Made by a program: the position numbers and the translations under genes
Notes under the pieces: model-generated
Database searches by the model: none
The model's input: the letters and a program-made list of their open reading frames with translations, nothing else
Told to the model about the DNA's origin: nothing
Assembly (NCBI GenBank): GCA_004431415.1
Contig: QPMI01000545.1
Coordinates: 124,001 to 188,000, forward strand
DNA from: Cyanophora paradoxa CCMP329
Lineage: Eukaryota; Plantae; Glaucophyta
Direction of reading: 5' to 3'
DNA: 64,000 nucleotides
Shown: positions 35,701 to 47,247 of the stretch, piece by piece
Position numbering within the stretch: the stretch's first letter is position 1
How the letters are laid out: every line of letters starts with the position of its first letter

Positions 35701-37495
35701 AAATCGGCGCGGGCCTCGCGGCTGCCCTCGCCCGAGCGCCCGCCGGTCTCCCGCAACGAGGCGCTCGCGGCGGCCGCCGCGGACCTGGAGCCCCTCGTGC
35801 AGAAGAGCATCCGCCGCCTCCGCCCCGCCCGCCCCCCGCGCGACTCCTCCTCGTACCCGGCGTCGCCTCCCCCCGGGGAGGAGACCCCCGCCCCCGCCAG
35901 CGACGCGGACCTCGGGGGCGCGCTTGCCGCCCCCAGCACCGAGGAGCTCTTCTTCCCCCCCTCCTCTTCTTCCTCTTCCCTCCCGACGGACCCCGCCGCC
36001 GCCGCCGCGCTGGAGCGCGGGGGGCGCCACTTCGCCTCCGCCCCGCAGCTCGTCCCTGGTCCTGTACCCCCCGCCCCCGCCCCCCTCGCCCACGCACCCG
36101 CCCACGCACCCGCCCGCCGAGTCCCGTGATCCCCGCCCCGACGGCCGGCCCGGCCCCTCTCGAGCGCGGCAGCCGCCACGCCGCCTCGGCACCGCAGCTC
36201 GCCGCGGGGCCGCACCCTTCCCCCGGCCCCGCCCCCGCCCCGCCGCGGCCCCGGCCCCGGCTCCCGCCCCGGCAGCAGCGCCTTCCCTCCTACCCTCCCC
36301 GCCCCCCTGCCGCCGCCCCTGCCGGCCCCTTCGAGGCGGTGGCGGCGGCGGGGCCCCGCCGGAAGCCCCCCGCGGGGCCGGGGGCGGGCCCGGCGAGCGC
36401 CGCGCTGATGCCGGGCATCGAGCTGGGCCCGGCCGCCCTGCTCATCGAGGAGCCGGCCTCGCCCTGGCTCAAGCGGCGCACCCTCCCGCCCGGCCGCCTG
36501 CGCTCCCGCCTCCCGCCCGACCCGCGCCCGCCCGTGCTCGTGCTGCCCTCGGGCCCGCCGCCCCTGGACTGGGCCGACCGCCGCATCATGGAGCTCAGGG
36601 GCGAGTCGCCCCGGCGCTCTCCCTCCCCGGACGCCTCGGGCTCCCTCCCGCCCTCCCAACGCCCGCGTCCCCTCGCCGCCGCCCCGGCGCACAACGCCCG
36701 GGGCGTGCCCCTCGCGCCCTCCCCGGCGCCCGACCCCGGGGGCCGCCGCGCCGGCCTCTCGGGCTCGGCCTCGGCGCCGCTGCTGCGGCCCAGCCCGCTG
36801 CCGGCCGCGTGGAAGAACGCGCACCTGCTGCACGGCCCCGCGGAGAGCGCGGCGCGCCTCTCGACCCTCTACCAGAGCCGCACCGTCAAGCTGCCCGAGG
36901 TGCCGGGTGCCAAGCCCCCGCGGCGCGGCGCCAAGGCCCACGGCAAGCCGAAGGAGGCCCCACCGCCGCCGGCCCCGCCCAAGCCGGAGACGCCGGCGGC
37001 CGCCAAGCCGCCCCAGGACTTCGAGGCGAGCAACCCGGCGGTGCAGAGGGAGCTGGAGAAGGCCGCGGGGCTCAAGCCGCCGCCGCCCAAGCCCCGCAAG
37101 TCCTCCCTCAAGCCCTCCCGCTTCGCCTCGGAGTCCCCCTCCCCCGAGCCCGGCGCCGCCCCCTCGCCTCCCCGCCGGACGCCGCGCCGGGGCCGGGGCG
37201 GCGGCCGGCGGGGCCCCCGCTGGAGTCGATCCCGGACTCGGCGAGGGCCTCCGGGGGCCCGGCCTCGAGCGGGCGGGCGGGGCGGGCGCCGCCGCCGCGG
37301 CCCTGGACGCGGGACCCCGAGTCGCGCGCGGCATCCCGCGAGGCCCGCATGCAGCTGCCCATCTCGAACTCGATGCGCATCCGCCGCATCGAGCTCGAGC
37401 ACGCGCCCGCCCCCGATCGCGATGGGGCGGCCCGCCCGGCCCCCGAACCCGATCGCGAAGCGGGGGCCAAGCCCGACGCCGTAGCGGCAGAGTAG
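32714..37495 (+). CDS. Large hypothetical protein with two PPC-like beta-sandwich domains and a long Pro-rich disordered C-terminus; multi-exon
   Basis: ITLSAIKG|DPDLFVCCTNEYPT..TWRS..DSITL..VYIGVRG and IKLTSLK|GDTDLFVCVTNQTPT..TWKS..DVVTI..YFVGVRG. Frame of the 35.5-37.5 kb part is not fully resolved. Confidence 0.7.
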
Positions 37496-37794
37496 CATGC
37501 CGGCGCCCAGCACTTCAGCTGAGGGTCTGTACGTGTGCCGCAGTGCTTTAATTTCTAGCTATTTGATCGACTCGGCCGCGGCGATGTCGCCGCGCCGCCA
37601 GCAGCGGGCGCATGCTTGTGCTACGCATGCTTGCAATTGGCCTTCGCGCAGGGCGATCGCGATCGGTTCGAATCCGCGCGGGGCGGTATCTCGTTAGGAT
37701 CTCGCGGGGCAGCTTCAAGCTCGAGCTCGTACGCGCGGCCCGCTCTCAGCAGCCGATCTCGTTCGCGTGTCAGCTATCAGCTAGCTGCCGCAGA

Positions 37795-40700
37795 ATGGCG
37801 GGCGCTGACAGCTTGGCGTTCGCGCTCGGCGTGGCCGCCGGGTCTTCCACGTCGGTCTCGATTCGCTCGATCATCGCCCAAACGACCGCTCTCGCGCACG
37901 TGAGGCCCTCTGGCGAGTGTTCCAGCCGGCGAGCGGAGGCCGCGAGACTGCGGAGCACGCACGAGTTCCTCGGCCAGCGGAGCTTCGGCAGCACGCATGT
38001 GCTCGCCAATATCGACCGGCTGCAGCGCTTCGCCCGCCGCGGAGGACGGGCGCGTGCGGGGCACGCAACGATCGAGGCGAAAGCGATCGACCCCCCGAAG
38101 CGTGCGCGCCGATCCTGGCCCCTGCTTATGAACCTTTTAGCCTTTAACTACATTCCGGGCCCGCTTTCGTTTCCCTGCGCAGCTACTTCAGTTGAGATCG
38201 ATATCGGGGACGGGAAGATTGTGACGATCGAGACTGGGATGTTGGCGCGACAGGCCGACGGCTCGGCCGTGCTGCGCTGCGGGAACTGCGTCCTGCTCGC
38301 GACCGTCTGCGCTGCCGTCAAACACAAGGAGGGCGCCGACTTCCTTCCCCTTTCCGTCGACTACGTGGAGCGCGTGCGTCCTGCGTCCCCCCGTCCCTTT
38401 TCTTTCCTTCCTTATGCTAGCGTCTTTCTTGAGCAGTACAGCGCTGCGGGTCGCTTCCCCGGTGGTTTCCTCAAGCGCGAGTCGAAGATGTCGGACAACG
38501 AGGTGCTCATCAGTCGCATCGTCGACCGTGCTGTCCGGCCGCTCTTCCCGGACGATTTCCACGCGGAGACACAGGTTTGCGCGCCGCTCGCGGGGCCCCT
38601 TCGGCCCGCGCGGTCGAGATTCCGAGATTTGATCCGCAGATCCTCGTCACGCTCGTTTCTGCGGACTCGGCGATCGCGCCGGACGCGCTCGCGGGCCTCG
38701 CTGCGTCGGCGGCGCTCGCAGTTTCCGACGTTCCGTTCCACGTGCGGCCCGCCCTGCCCGCCCGCGCCGTCTCCGCTTCGTCCCGTCGTCGAGCTCGGTC
38801 GCGCGGCAGGGCCCGTTCTCGGAGGTGCGCGTGGCGCGAGTGGACGGCAAGCTCGTGATCAACCCGTTCGTGGACGAGGTCCGTCCCTTCTTCCTCCGCC
38901 TTCCCCGCCCCGGGACGCTGCGTTGTGGGCCGAGCTCGTCCCGCGCCGCAGATCCCGCGCGCCGACATCGACATGATCGTCTCGGGCTCCCTCGATTCGA
39001 TCAACATGGTGGAGGGCGAGATGAACGAGGCGCGCGCGGCCGCGCGGCCGTCCCCGCTGCTTCTTCCCTTTTAAAACTTCTTCTCCTCCGCAGGTGTCGA
39101 AGGAGGAGATGCTGGAGGCGATCCTCTTCGCGCACGAGGCGATCAAGGCGCAGTGCCGGGCCGTCGCGGAGCTGGCGGAGAAGGCCGGCAAGGCCAAGCG
39201 CGAGTACTGCCACGAGGACCCCTTCGACGAGGAGATGTGGGTGCGCCGCAGAGAGATCGATCCCGGAGAGCCGCCGCTCGCCCTCGCCCGCTCTTGGCTG
39301 AGACTTCGTTCGCAGACGCGCGTCGTGGCGGACCTGTCGGGCCCCATGCGCGAGATCGCGACGTGCGGCCCCGCCCCGCCTCGCGCCCCGCCCCGCCCCG
39401 CGCCCCACCGGCCCCTCAACCGGACGCAGGGCGGGCCTGCCGAAGCTGGATCGCCAGGCGCGCTACGACGCGCTGTACCACAGCTGGGTCGAAGCGTGCG
39501 CCCGGGCCGCGCCCCGGGGCCGCCTCCTCGGCGGCTCCTGAGCGCGGGCGGGCCGGGCCGCGCGGCCGCGCAGGAACATACCGGACGAGGAGGTCTACGA
39601 GCACGAGGAGGTGCGCCGGCGCCGCTCCCCGCGCGCCCGCCGGCGCCCGAGCCGACGCCGACGCCGGTGCGCGCGGGGCAGCTGCACTTCAAGCAGTACT
39701 TCAACAAGCTGAAGAAGCGGATCACGCGGCGCCTCGTGCTGGACGAGGGAGTCCGCCTCGACGGCCGCAAGCTCGACGAGGTCGGCTCGGCTCGGCCCGG
39801 CCGCGGAGGGGGCCGCCCAAGCTAAAAGAGGGGCGCTCGGGCGCAGGTGCGGGACGTGTGGTGCGCGGTGGACTACCTGCCCTCGCCGCACGGCTCGGCG
39901 GTCTTCACGCGCGGAGAGACGCAAGCCCTCGCCACCGTCACCCTCGGCAACAAGCAGGACGAGCAGATGGCGCGCCCGCCCCGCCCCGCCCCGCCCCGCC
40001 CCGGCCCCGCCCGAGCCCCGCCCCGCCCAGATCGACGGGGTGATGCTGGTCGGCTCCGCCAAGTTCCTCCTCCACTACAACTTCCCGGGCTTCTCCACCG
40101 GCGAGGTCCGCCCCGTCCCATCCCGACCCCGAGCCTCTGGCGCCGGCCGGCCCGGCTCGGCTGAGGCCGGGGGCGGGCCTTTGTGCGCAGGTGAAGCCGA
40201 ACCGGGCGCCGGGGCGGCGGGAGGTGGGCCACGGCAACCTCGCCCAGCGCGCCCTCAAGAAGGTGGTACCCAGCGAGGAGGAGTGCCCGTACACCATCCG
40301 GTGCCCCCCCGCCCCGCCCCGCCGCCCGCCCCTGGGCTTTGACTCGAGTCGCGCCCGATGATTACAAACATATCCAAGCTCTAGAACCTCTGAGATCCCG
40401 TGATCGCACAAATATATACTACGGTTATTAGGGCTCAACGACGACCCTCACCCCCATCGCCCCCCCCACGCCCGCCCGCCCTCCCGCCCCCGCCGACCCC
40501 CCCTATCAACGGCAGAGTGGTCTCGGACGTGCTTGAGTCGAACGGGTCCTCGTCGATGGCATCCGTCTGCGCCGGCTCGCTCGCCATGCTCGACGCCGGC
40601 GTGCCCCTCAAGCGCCAGGCCCGCCCCGCCCACCCCCGCCCCGCCCCTCGCGCGCCCCGCCTTCTGACCCCGCCCTCCAGTGCGCCGGCATCGCGATGGG

Positions 40701-42471
40701 CCTGATCAGCGAGGGCGCCTCGGAGTCGCCCACGGGCAAGCCCCGCTTCGCGGTGCGCCGGCCCCGCTCACCCCTCCCCCCACCCCCACACCCTCCCGTC
40801 TCACCCCCGCCCCCCGCAGGTGCTGACGGACCTGCTGGGCGACGAGGACGCCCTCGGCGACATGGACTTCAAGGCGCCCGCCCGCCCGCCCGCCCGCCCG
40901 CCCGCCCGCCCCCGGCCTCCGCTCTGCCCTGCCCTGCTCCTAGCTCCAAGAGCTTCTGCGCCGGCTCGCTCACGCGGGGGGCCGGGGCGCAGATCGCGGG
41001 GACGGAGAAGGGCATCACCGCGTGCCAGATGGACATCAAGGTCCGTCCGTCCGTACGGGCGGCCTTGCCGGGTCGCTGAGGCCGAGGGGCGGCCCCGCCC
41101 CGCCCCGCGCGCGCGCAGGTCGAGGGCCTTAGCCGGGAGATCCTCCAGACCGCCATCGACCAGGCCGAGCGCGGCCGGTGCTTGTTTCGCTTTGCTTCGT
41201 CTCGCCACGCCTCGCGCTCCGCCTCGCCGACCGAGCCCGGGCGCCCAGGGGGGAGATCCTGCGGATCATGGACGGGACGTGCGCGGCGCCGCGGGCGGCG
41301 ATGAAGCCCCACGTGCCCCGCATCGTCCGCGTCAACATCCCAAGGCCCGCCAGCCCGCCCGCCCGCCCGCCCGGGCCCGACCCGTCGCTCGCTCCGGGTC
41401 TGACGAGTGCGCTGGGGCGCGCGCGCGTGCGCAGGGAGTTCGTGGGCCAGATCATCGGCCCCGGGGGCAAGAACATCCAGGGGCTGCAGCGGGAGACGGG
41501 GACGACGATCGACATCGAGGACCGGGGCGAGGGGGAGGACGCCGTCGTGGAGATCAGCGGGGGCGAGGAGGAGGGCACGCGCCGGGCCGTCGCCGCCATC
41601 CGCGGGGCCACCGTCGTGCCCGAGGTCGGCACCGTCTACGAGGGGTGCGCCCTCCCCCGCCCCCTTTCTTTCCTCCTTCCTTCTGAGCTCTCCCTGCGAA
41701 TCGAAGGCCCGTGAAGACCATCACGGCCTTTGGCGCCTTCGTCGAGTTCCTCCCCGGGAAGTGCGCAGATCGAGTCCCAGATCCCACGTCGAAATTCGGA
41801 TTCTGAGGGCCTGCTGCAGGGACGGGCTGCTGCACATCTCGGAGGTGGCGTGGGAGCGCCTCCCCGACCTCGAGGGCGTCCTGGCCGAGGGCGACGTCAT
41901 CCAGGTCAAGGTGCCCGCGGCGGGCCGGGGCCGGGGCCGGGGTCGCCCCTGGGCTCTTGTTTGTTCGAGTCGCGCCCGATGATTACAAACATATCCAAGC
42001 TCTAGAACCTCTGAGATCCCGTGATCGCACAAATATATACTACGGTTATGAGGGCTCAACGACGACCCGCCTCCTACCGCCCGCCCCTCCCCGCCTCCCC
42101 CCCGCGCCCCGGTCATGACGGGCTGGCGCGGCCGCGCCGCGCAGCTGATCGGAGTGGACGAGCGGACGGGCAAGTTCAAGCTCTCGCGCAAGGTCCTCCT
42201 GGAGAAGCCGGCGGCGCCCGAGCCGGCCGCCCCGCGCTCCACCGGCGCCGCCGACGACGCCGCCGCCCTCGACATGTCGGTGCGCCCGGCCCGCCCGGGC
42301 TCCTTCCCCCCCTCTGTGGTTCGGGCCCGACCTTGGGCAGATATTCGGCGAGGAGATCGTGCCGCTGGGCGGCGGCGACCGGGGCGACCGCGGCGACCGG
42401 GAGCGCCGCGGCGGCGGGGTGGCCGCGGCGGCCGCGGCGGCCGCGGCGGGCGGCGCCCCGCGCGGGACTAG
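37795..42471 (+). CDS. PNP: Polyribonucleotide nucleotidyltransferase (PNPase) with N-terminal plastid-type transit peptide; about 24 introns
   Basis: [87 protein letters not shown] (IIGPGGKNI)..S1 ([18 protein letters not shown]); RGG-rich tail. Confidence 0.97.
40352..40440 (+). ncRNA. Intronic ~88-nt element, copy 2, in a PNPase intron
   Basis: cgcccgatgattacaaacatatccaagctctagaacctctgagatcccgtgatcgcacaaatatatactacggttattagggctcaacg. Confidence 0.55.
41973..42061 (+). ncRNA. Intronic ~88-nt element, copy 3, in another PNPase intron
   Basis: One substitution relative to copy 2; shared flanks tcgagtcg and acgaccc. Confidence 0.55.
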
Positions 42472-42743
42472 ACAGTGGTAGGCATGCGCACCCCTTCTCC
42501 GACTCGTCTAGATCTAGATCTGGGTTTTGATCGTTGATCGCTTCCCTGTTTCAAGTGCTTCCTGATTGTAGAATTTTATGCTCGAACCGGCCGCTGGCAT
42601 TGATGATGTGCCTTGCGGCAACAGCTGCAGTGAACCGGCATCGTGCATAATCGGCTAGTTCCCATCTCAAGTTGATATTAATTTTAAACGTGAACGAGAC
42701 GACCCTTGCTCAGGGCCGGCCGACGCCGACGCCGCGCCGAGCC

Positions 42744-45700
42744 CTAAGACTGCGGGTCGGCCGCCTGCTCGGCGGCGCGGGCAACCATGGACCCGAGGAG
42801 CGCCCGCAGCGGCCCCGGCGCCCGCCCCACCGCCGCCGACAGCGCCTCCGCCGCCGCGCTCGCGGCGGCAGCGGCGGCGGAAGGGGCACCCGTCCCTCCT
42901 CGCCCCCGCTTTCCGGCCCATCCGCCGCCGCCGCCGCCGCCGCTGCCGCCGCGGCGAGCGGGTCCGACGCGGCGGCAGCCGCCGCCGCCGCCGCCAGGGG
43001 GTCCGAGTCCCAGTCCCCGCCGCGCCCACGCCCCCGCCCGCCGCCGCGCCCCGCGGCCGCGGCCGCGCGCGCCCCCCCGGCGCCCGCCGCGGCGCCCGCC
43101 GCGGGCCGAGGCGGGGCCGGAGAGGGAGGGCGGGCGGGGCGGGGCGGAGGCGGCGAGGATGCGGTCGAGGAGCTGGACGCAGACGGCGGCGGCGGCGTCG
43201 GCGAGGGCCGCCGGGCACGCCCCCGCCAGCTCGCACGCCAGCGCCAGCGCCGCGGGGAGCAGCGGGTCGCCGCCCTGGCCCGCGCCCGCCGCCGCCGGCG
43301 CGTGCGCAGCGAGGAATGACTGCGCGCGCGCGTGCGGCGCGGTCAGAGGGGCCGAAGCAAACCAGACGAGTTCGAGGGGGGAAGAAGCGGGCCTGGAAGG
43401 CGGCGACGGCGCAGCGGAGGAGGGCGGCCGCCTGCGCGTCGCCCAGCTCGCACTCGGCCGGCTCCAGGGCCGCCGTGGCCGCCTCCCACGCCCCGCTCGG
43501 CTCCGGCGCTTCGTCGGCGCCGTCCAGGAGGGCCCGTGCGGCCTCCAGGCGGGTCGGGCGGGCGAGGGCCGTCGACGTCGCCTCCACGAGGAGCGCGAGG
43601 GGCGCGAGCGCGGGGGCGGCCGGCGGCTCGGTGGGGGCGGGGCCGGCGGCCTCAAGGAAGGGGCCGGCGAGGCGGGCAAACTCGGAGGGCGAGCAGCCCG
43701 GGAGGGAGAGGGCGAGGGCGAGGGAGAGGCAGGCGTCCCCGAGGCGCGGGTTCGATCCCGCGCGGAGGCGCGCGAGCTCGGGGCGGAGGGCGGCGCCAGC
43801 GGCGGCGGCGGCGCGGGCATCGACGGTGGCGAGCTCGAGCAGGTCCAGGAGGGTTGGGAGAACGGTCTCCGCGCGGTCGCCCAGTTCCAGGGCGCCCGCG
43901 GGGGCCCCGGGGGAGTACAGGGACGCGGCGAGGGGCTGGAGGGCGGGCGGGACGGAGGGGACGGGGTCCGAGGGGAGGAGCGGGGCGGCGCGGAGGCGGG
44001 TGGGCCAGTCGAGGGGCTCGGCCTCCGCGGGGGACCAGCGGGCGCCGAGGGCGGCGCAGGGGCCGGCGAGGCGGGGCAGGAGCGCCGCTGCGAGCTCGAG
44101 AATGGGCGGAGGGAGCTCGAGGTCGAGCCGCCGGGTGAGGAGGGCGGCCAGGGCGGCGGCGGCGGCGGGGCCGCCCGCCTCCAGGAGCCAGTGGGGGCAG
44201 CCGCAGGGCGGGGCGGCCCAGGGCTCCGGGCCCGGAGCCGCCCCCAGCGCCGCCTCCAGGAGCTTGGCCGCGAGGAGGGCGCCCTGCCCGCGCCCCCCCC
44301 CTCAGCGGGGCGAACGAAGGGAGGGAAAGGGGGGTACGGGCGCACGTGGACGGCGGCCTCCCAGCCCGGGTGCTCCTCGGAGGCGTCGGGGGCGTCGGCG
44401 AGGCGGCGGAGGGCGGGGAGGACGCAGGCGCGGAGGAGGGCGGGCGGGCGAGGAGGGGCGGGCCCTCGTGGCGGTCGTGGCGGGCCCGCCAGAAGGGGAA
44501 GGCGGGGTCGTGCGGCGAGGGCGCGGGGCCGGAGGCGAGGCGGCCGCCGCGGGACGTAAAGGCCCCGCCGCGCCCGCGCCGCTGCACCGCCTTCGGCTGC
44601 CACACGCGCGCCGGCGCCGGCGCGCAGCGGAAGGGCGAGGGGGCGGCGTCCCGGAAGGGAGCGGGGGCCGGCGGAAGGACGGGGGCGAGCGCGAAGGCGG
44701 CGGGGCAGCGGAGGTGGGGCGGGGCGGGCCCGCGCGCCGCCGCCACCGCCGGCCGCAGGGCCACGTCGTCCGGGTCCGCCTCCCAGCGCCCGAAGGGCGA
44801 GACGGCCGCCGGCTGCGGGGCGCCGGTCGGCGGCGGCGGGGCGGGGCGGGGCGGGGCGGGGCGGGGCGGGGCGGACCGCGAGGCAGAGGGCAGCGAGGCG
44901 GGCGAGGCGGTCGGGGGCGCCCGGGCCCCCGGATGCCGCGCCGCCGCCCAGGACGGCCCCCCGGAAGCAGTCGGCCAGCACCGAGAGCGAGGGGTCTGGC
45001 AGCGAAGCGTGAGTGAGCGAGGGAAAGCGCGGTGCGAGCGCGGCGGGCACCGGAGCGGGCGGGGGCGCGGGGCGGCTCGGCGAGGTGGCAGAGGGCGGCG
45101 TGGGCGCCGGGCAGGTTCGCCTCATGCTCGACCGCCTCGCCGAAGAGGCGCCGCACGGTCAGCTCGCCGTCCAGCAGCGCCGCCTAAGGGCGGAGTCAGC
45201 GGGCGCGGCTCGGAGCGCAGCAGAGAGCTAGCGCACCCGGTCGAGGGCGGAGAGGAAGGGCGGCGACGCGGCTGACTCGGGCACCATCGCGTTCAGGAGG
45301 CGCGTCAGGAGCGCGTCCGGGCTGGCGTCGGCGCCCAGGACCGCCCGGCGGAGCGGCGGGGGCGGGCCCCCCGGGGCGGAGGCGAGGGCGCGGCGGGCCG
45401 CGCAGCGCTGCGAAACGTCGGCGGCGCCGTAGAGGTCGAGGAAGAGGGACGCGGTGGCCTTGCCGCGCGGCGCGTCGTCAGAGGGGCGCGGCAGGGTGGG
45501 ACGGGGCGGGGCGGGGCGGGGCTAGGCGGGGCGCTGGCGCACGGGAGAGGCGTCTGGGGAGAGTACGAGGGCGTCGAGGGCGGTCGAGAGGAGGCGCAGG
45601 GAGGCGGCGGCCGCCGCGCGCGCCCGGAGCGCAGGGAGCCACCTGCGCCCGCGGGCGGGCTGGGCGTCGGCGAGGGCCCGAGCAGCCCGTCGAGGCGCGG

Positions 45701-46791
45701 GGCGGGGCGGGGCGGGGTACCGGTCGTCGCGGAGGTCGGGGGGGAAGCGGAGGAGGCGGGAGAGGGCGTTGGCCTGCTGGGCGGGGAGGCCCCGTGGTCG
45801 GCGAGGAGGCAGAGGCGCCGCACAGCCTCTGGGTCCCCTGGACCAAGGGGCGCCGCGGCCGCCCAGGGCACGGCGGGGGCTTCCCGCAGGGAGGCCCGCA
45901 GGGCGCCGAAGCGCGCCGCGAGGGCCGAGGGCCCGGCGCGGGGCCGGCCGGGGGCGCCTCGGCGGGCGGGGGGGCACGAGGCGGCTCAGGTCCTGGGCGA
46001 GCGACTGCAGAGACTGCGGCGGCGGAGCGGAGCGGAATCAGGCGCCGAGCAGCGCGGAGGGGCGGGGCGCGCACGGCGTGGCGGGCTTCGTCGTCGGCGG
46101 CGCCGAAGAAGGCGACCGCGACGGCGCTGCCGAAGCGCCGCATGAACGGCGCGTCGCCGGCGGCCAGCGCCGACACAACGCGCGCCCTCGCCTGCGAGGA
46201 GCTCAGCGCGCGACTGGGCGAGGCGCGGGGCGCGTGGCGCGGGAAGCGCCTGCGGGTCGAGGCGGCAGAGGGCGTTGACGAGCGCTGGCTCCGCGCCGCG
46301 CTTCCCCACCAGCGCGGCGTACGCTGCGGGCAGCGCGTAGACCGGCGAGCCGCACGACCGCTCCTCTTCCCACGTTCGCGGGCCTGCGGGTCGGCGTCGG
46401 CGATCGCTCGCGACGGAGGGGCGCGGTCCGGCGGACGCGGCGCACGCTCAGAGGCGAACGCCTCCAGCGCCGCGAATGCCGCGTCGAGGAGCTGCTCCGG
46501 AGGCGGGCCGCCGTCGCCGCACGACGCCGAGACCCGCGCCGCGAGCTCGTCCGCCGTCAGCTCCTCGAGCGGGCCCAGCTTCCTGCGCCGAAAGCGGTTT
46601 GTATCACTTTCTGAGGCGGTCGGAGCGCGTCGAGGGGGCCCGCACCGCTCCAGGAGTGCGCTCAGGCCGGGAGTCGGCCCATCGCCCGGCTCGCGCAGGA
46701 CGACGGGCTCAGCCGACGCATCCGCGTCGCCTGCGCCGCCCTTGCGGACGGCCAGGCCGCCCTGGAGCGCGAGGAGCGCTGCTCGGGCCAT
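42744..46791 (-). CDS. Hypothetical Ala/Leu-rich alpha-helical (ARM/HEAT-like) protein; multi-exon
   Basis: Exon-like Ala/Leu-rich segments (MARAALLALQGG.., EQLLDAAFAALEAFA, HPGWEAAVH, AAAVCVQLLDRILAA) separated by minus-strand gtgcgc..cag introns. Family not recognised. Confidence 0.65.
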
Positions 46792-46801
46792 TTCCTACGC
46801 T

Positions 46802-47247
46802 TTTTCGGGGGACAGCCGTTCCTTTCGGAGCAGCGGTTCGTTTTCGGCGCTTTGGCCAGCTTCTCGTCTCCTGCCGGCTCTAGCCGCCAGCTGTCCTGTT
46901 TCGCTGCGAGCAGTAGATCGTAGCAGGAGCGATGTGCCGCGCGCGCGGGCAGCGGCGGAGATGGCTCTATGTGGTCGGGCATGGCAGCCCGGGCGCGTAT
47001 ACGTAGCTAGGCCATGCGCAACGCCGCGCGCGCTCCGCGGAGCGAGAGCCACGGCGCGGCGCGCGCGGCGATCGCGCTCCTCGCCAGGCTCGCGCTCCTG
47101 GCCATGGCCATGGCGGCCGCGGCAGCATGCGGTGTGGCTCCGGATCCGACGCTGCCGCCCCGGGACGATCTGCTCTTCTTCCTGATGTGCGGGCACCGCG
47201 AGCGAGCGCCCGGCCGCTCCCCGTACGCGTATACGTACGTGGCGGCG
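46802..47247 (+). pseudogene. Degenerate duplicate of the promoter, first exon (signal peptide) and first intron of the glycosyltransferase gene (53316-53755)
   Basis: Collinear similarity; MRNAARA..AAIALLARLALL..PPRDDLLF in both copies. This copy lacks the first acceptor site and has no downstream exons. Confidence 0.9.

Noticed and set aside
37660-37685. tRNA T-loop/B-box-like ggttcgaatcc (also gggttcgatccc at ~43748)
   Set aside because: No cloverleaf can be folded; the second instance lies within coding sequence.
17231-42471. Possible stop-codon readthrough, frameshifting or a non-standard genetic code
   Set aside because: In the conserved genes examined (ECM29, PNPase), apparent stops and shifts are resolved by short GT-AG or GC-AG introns.
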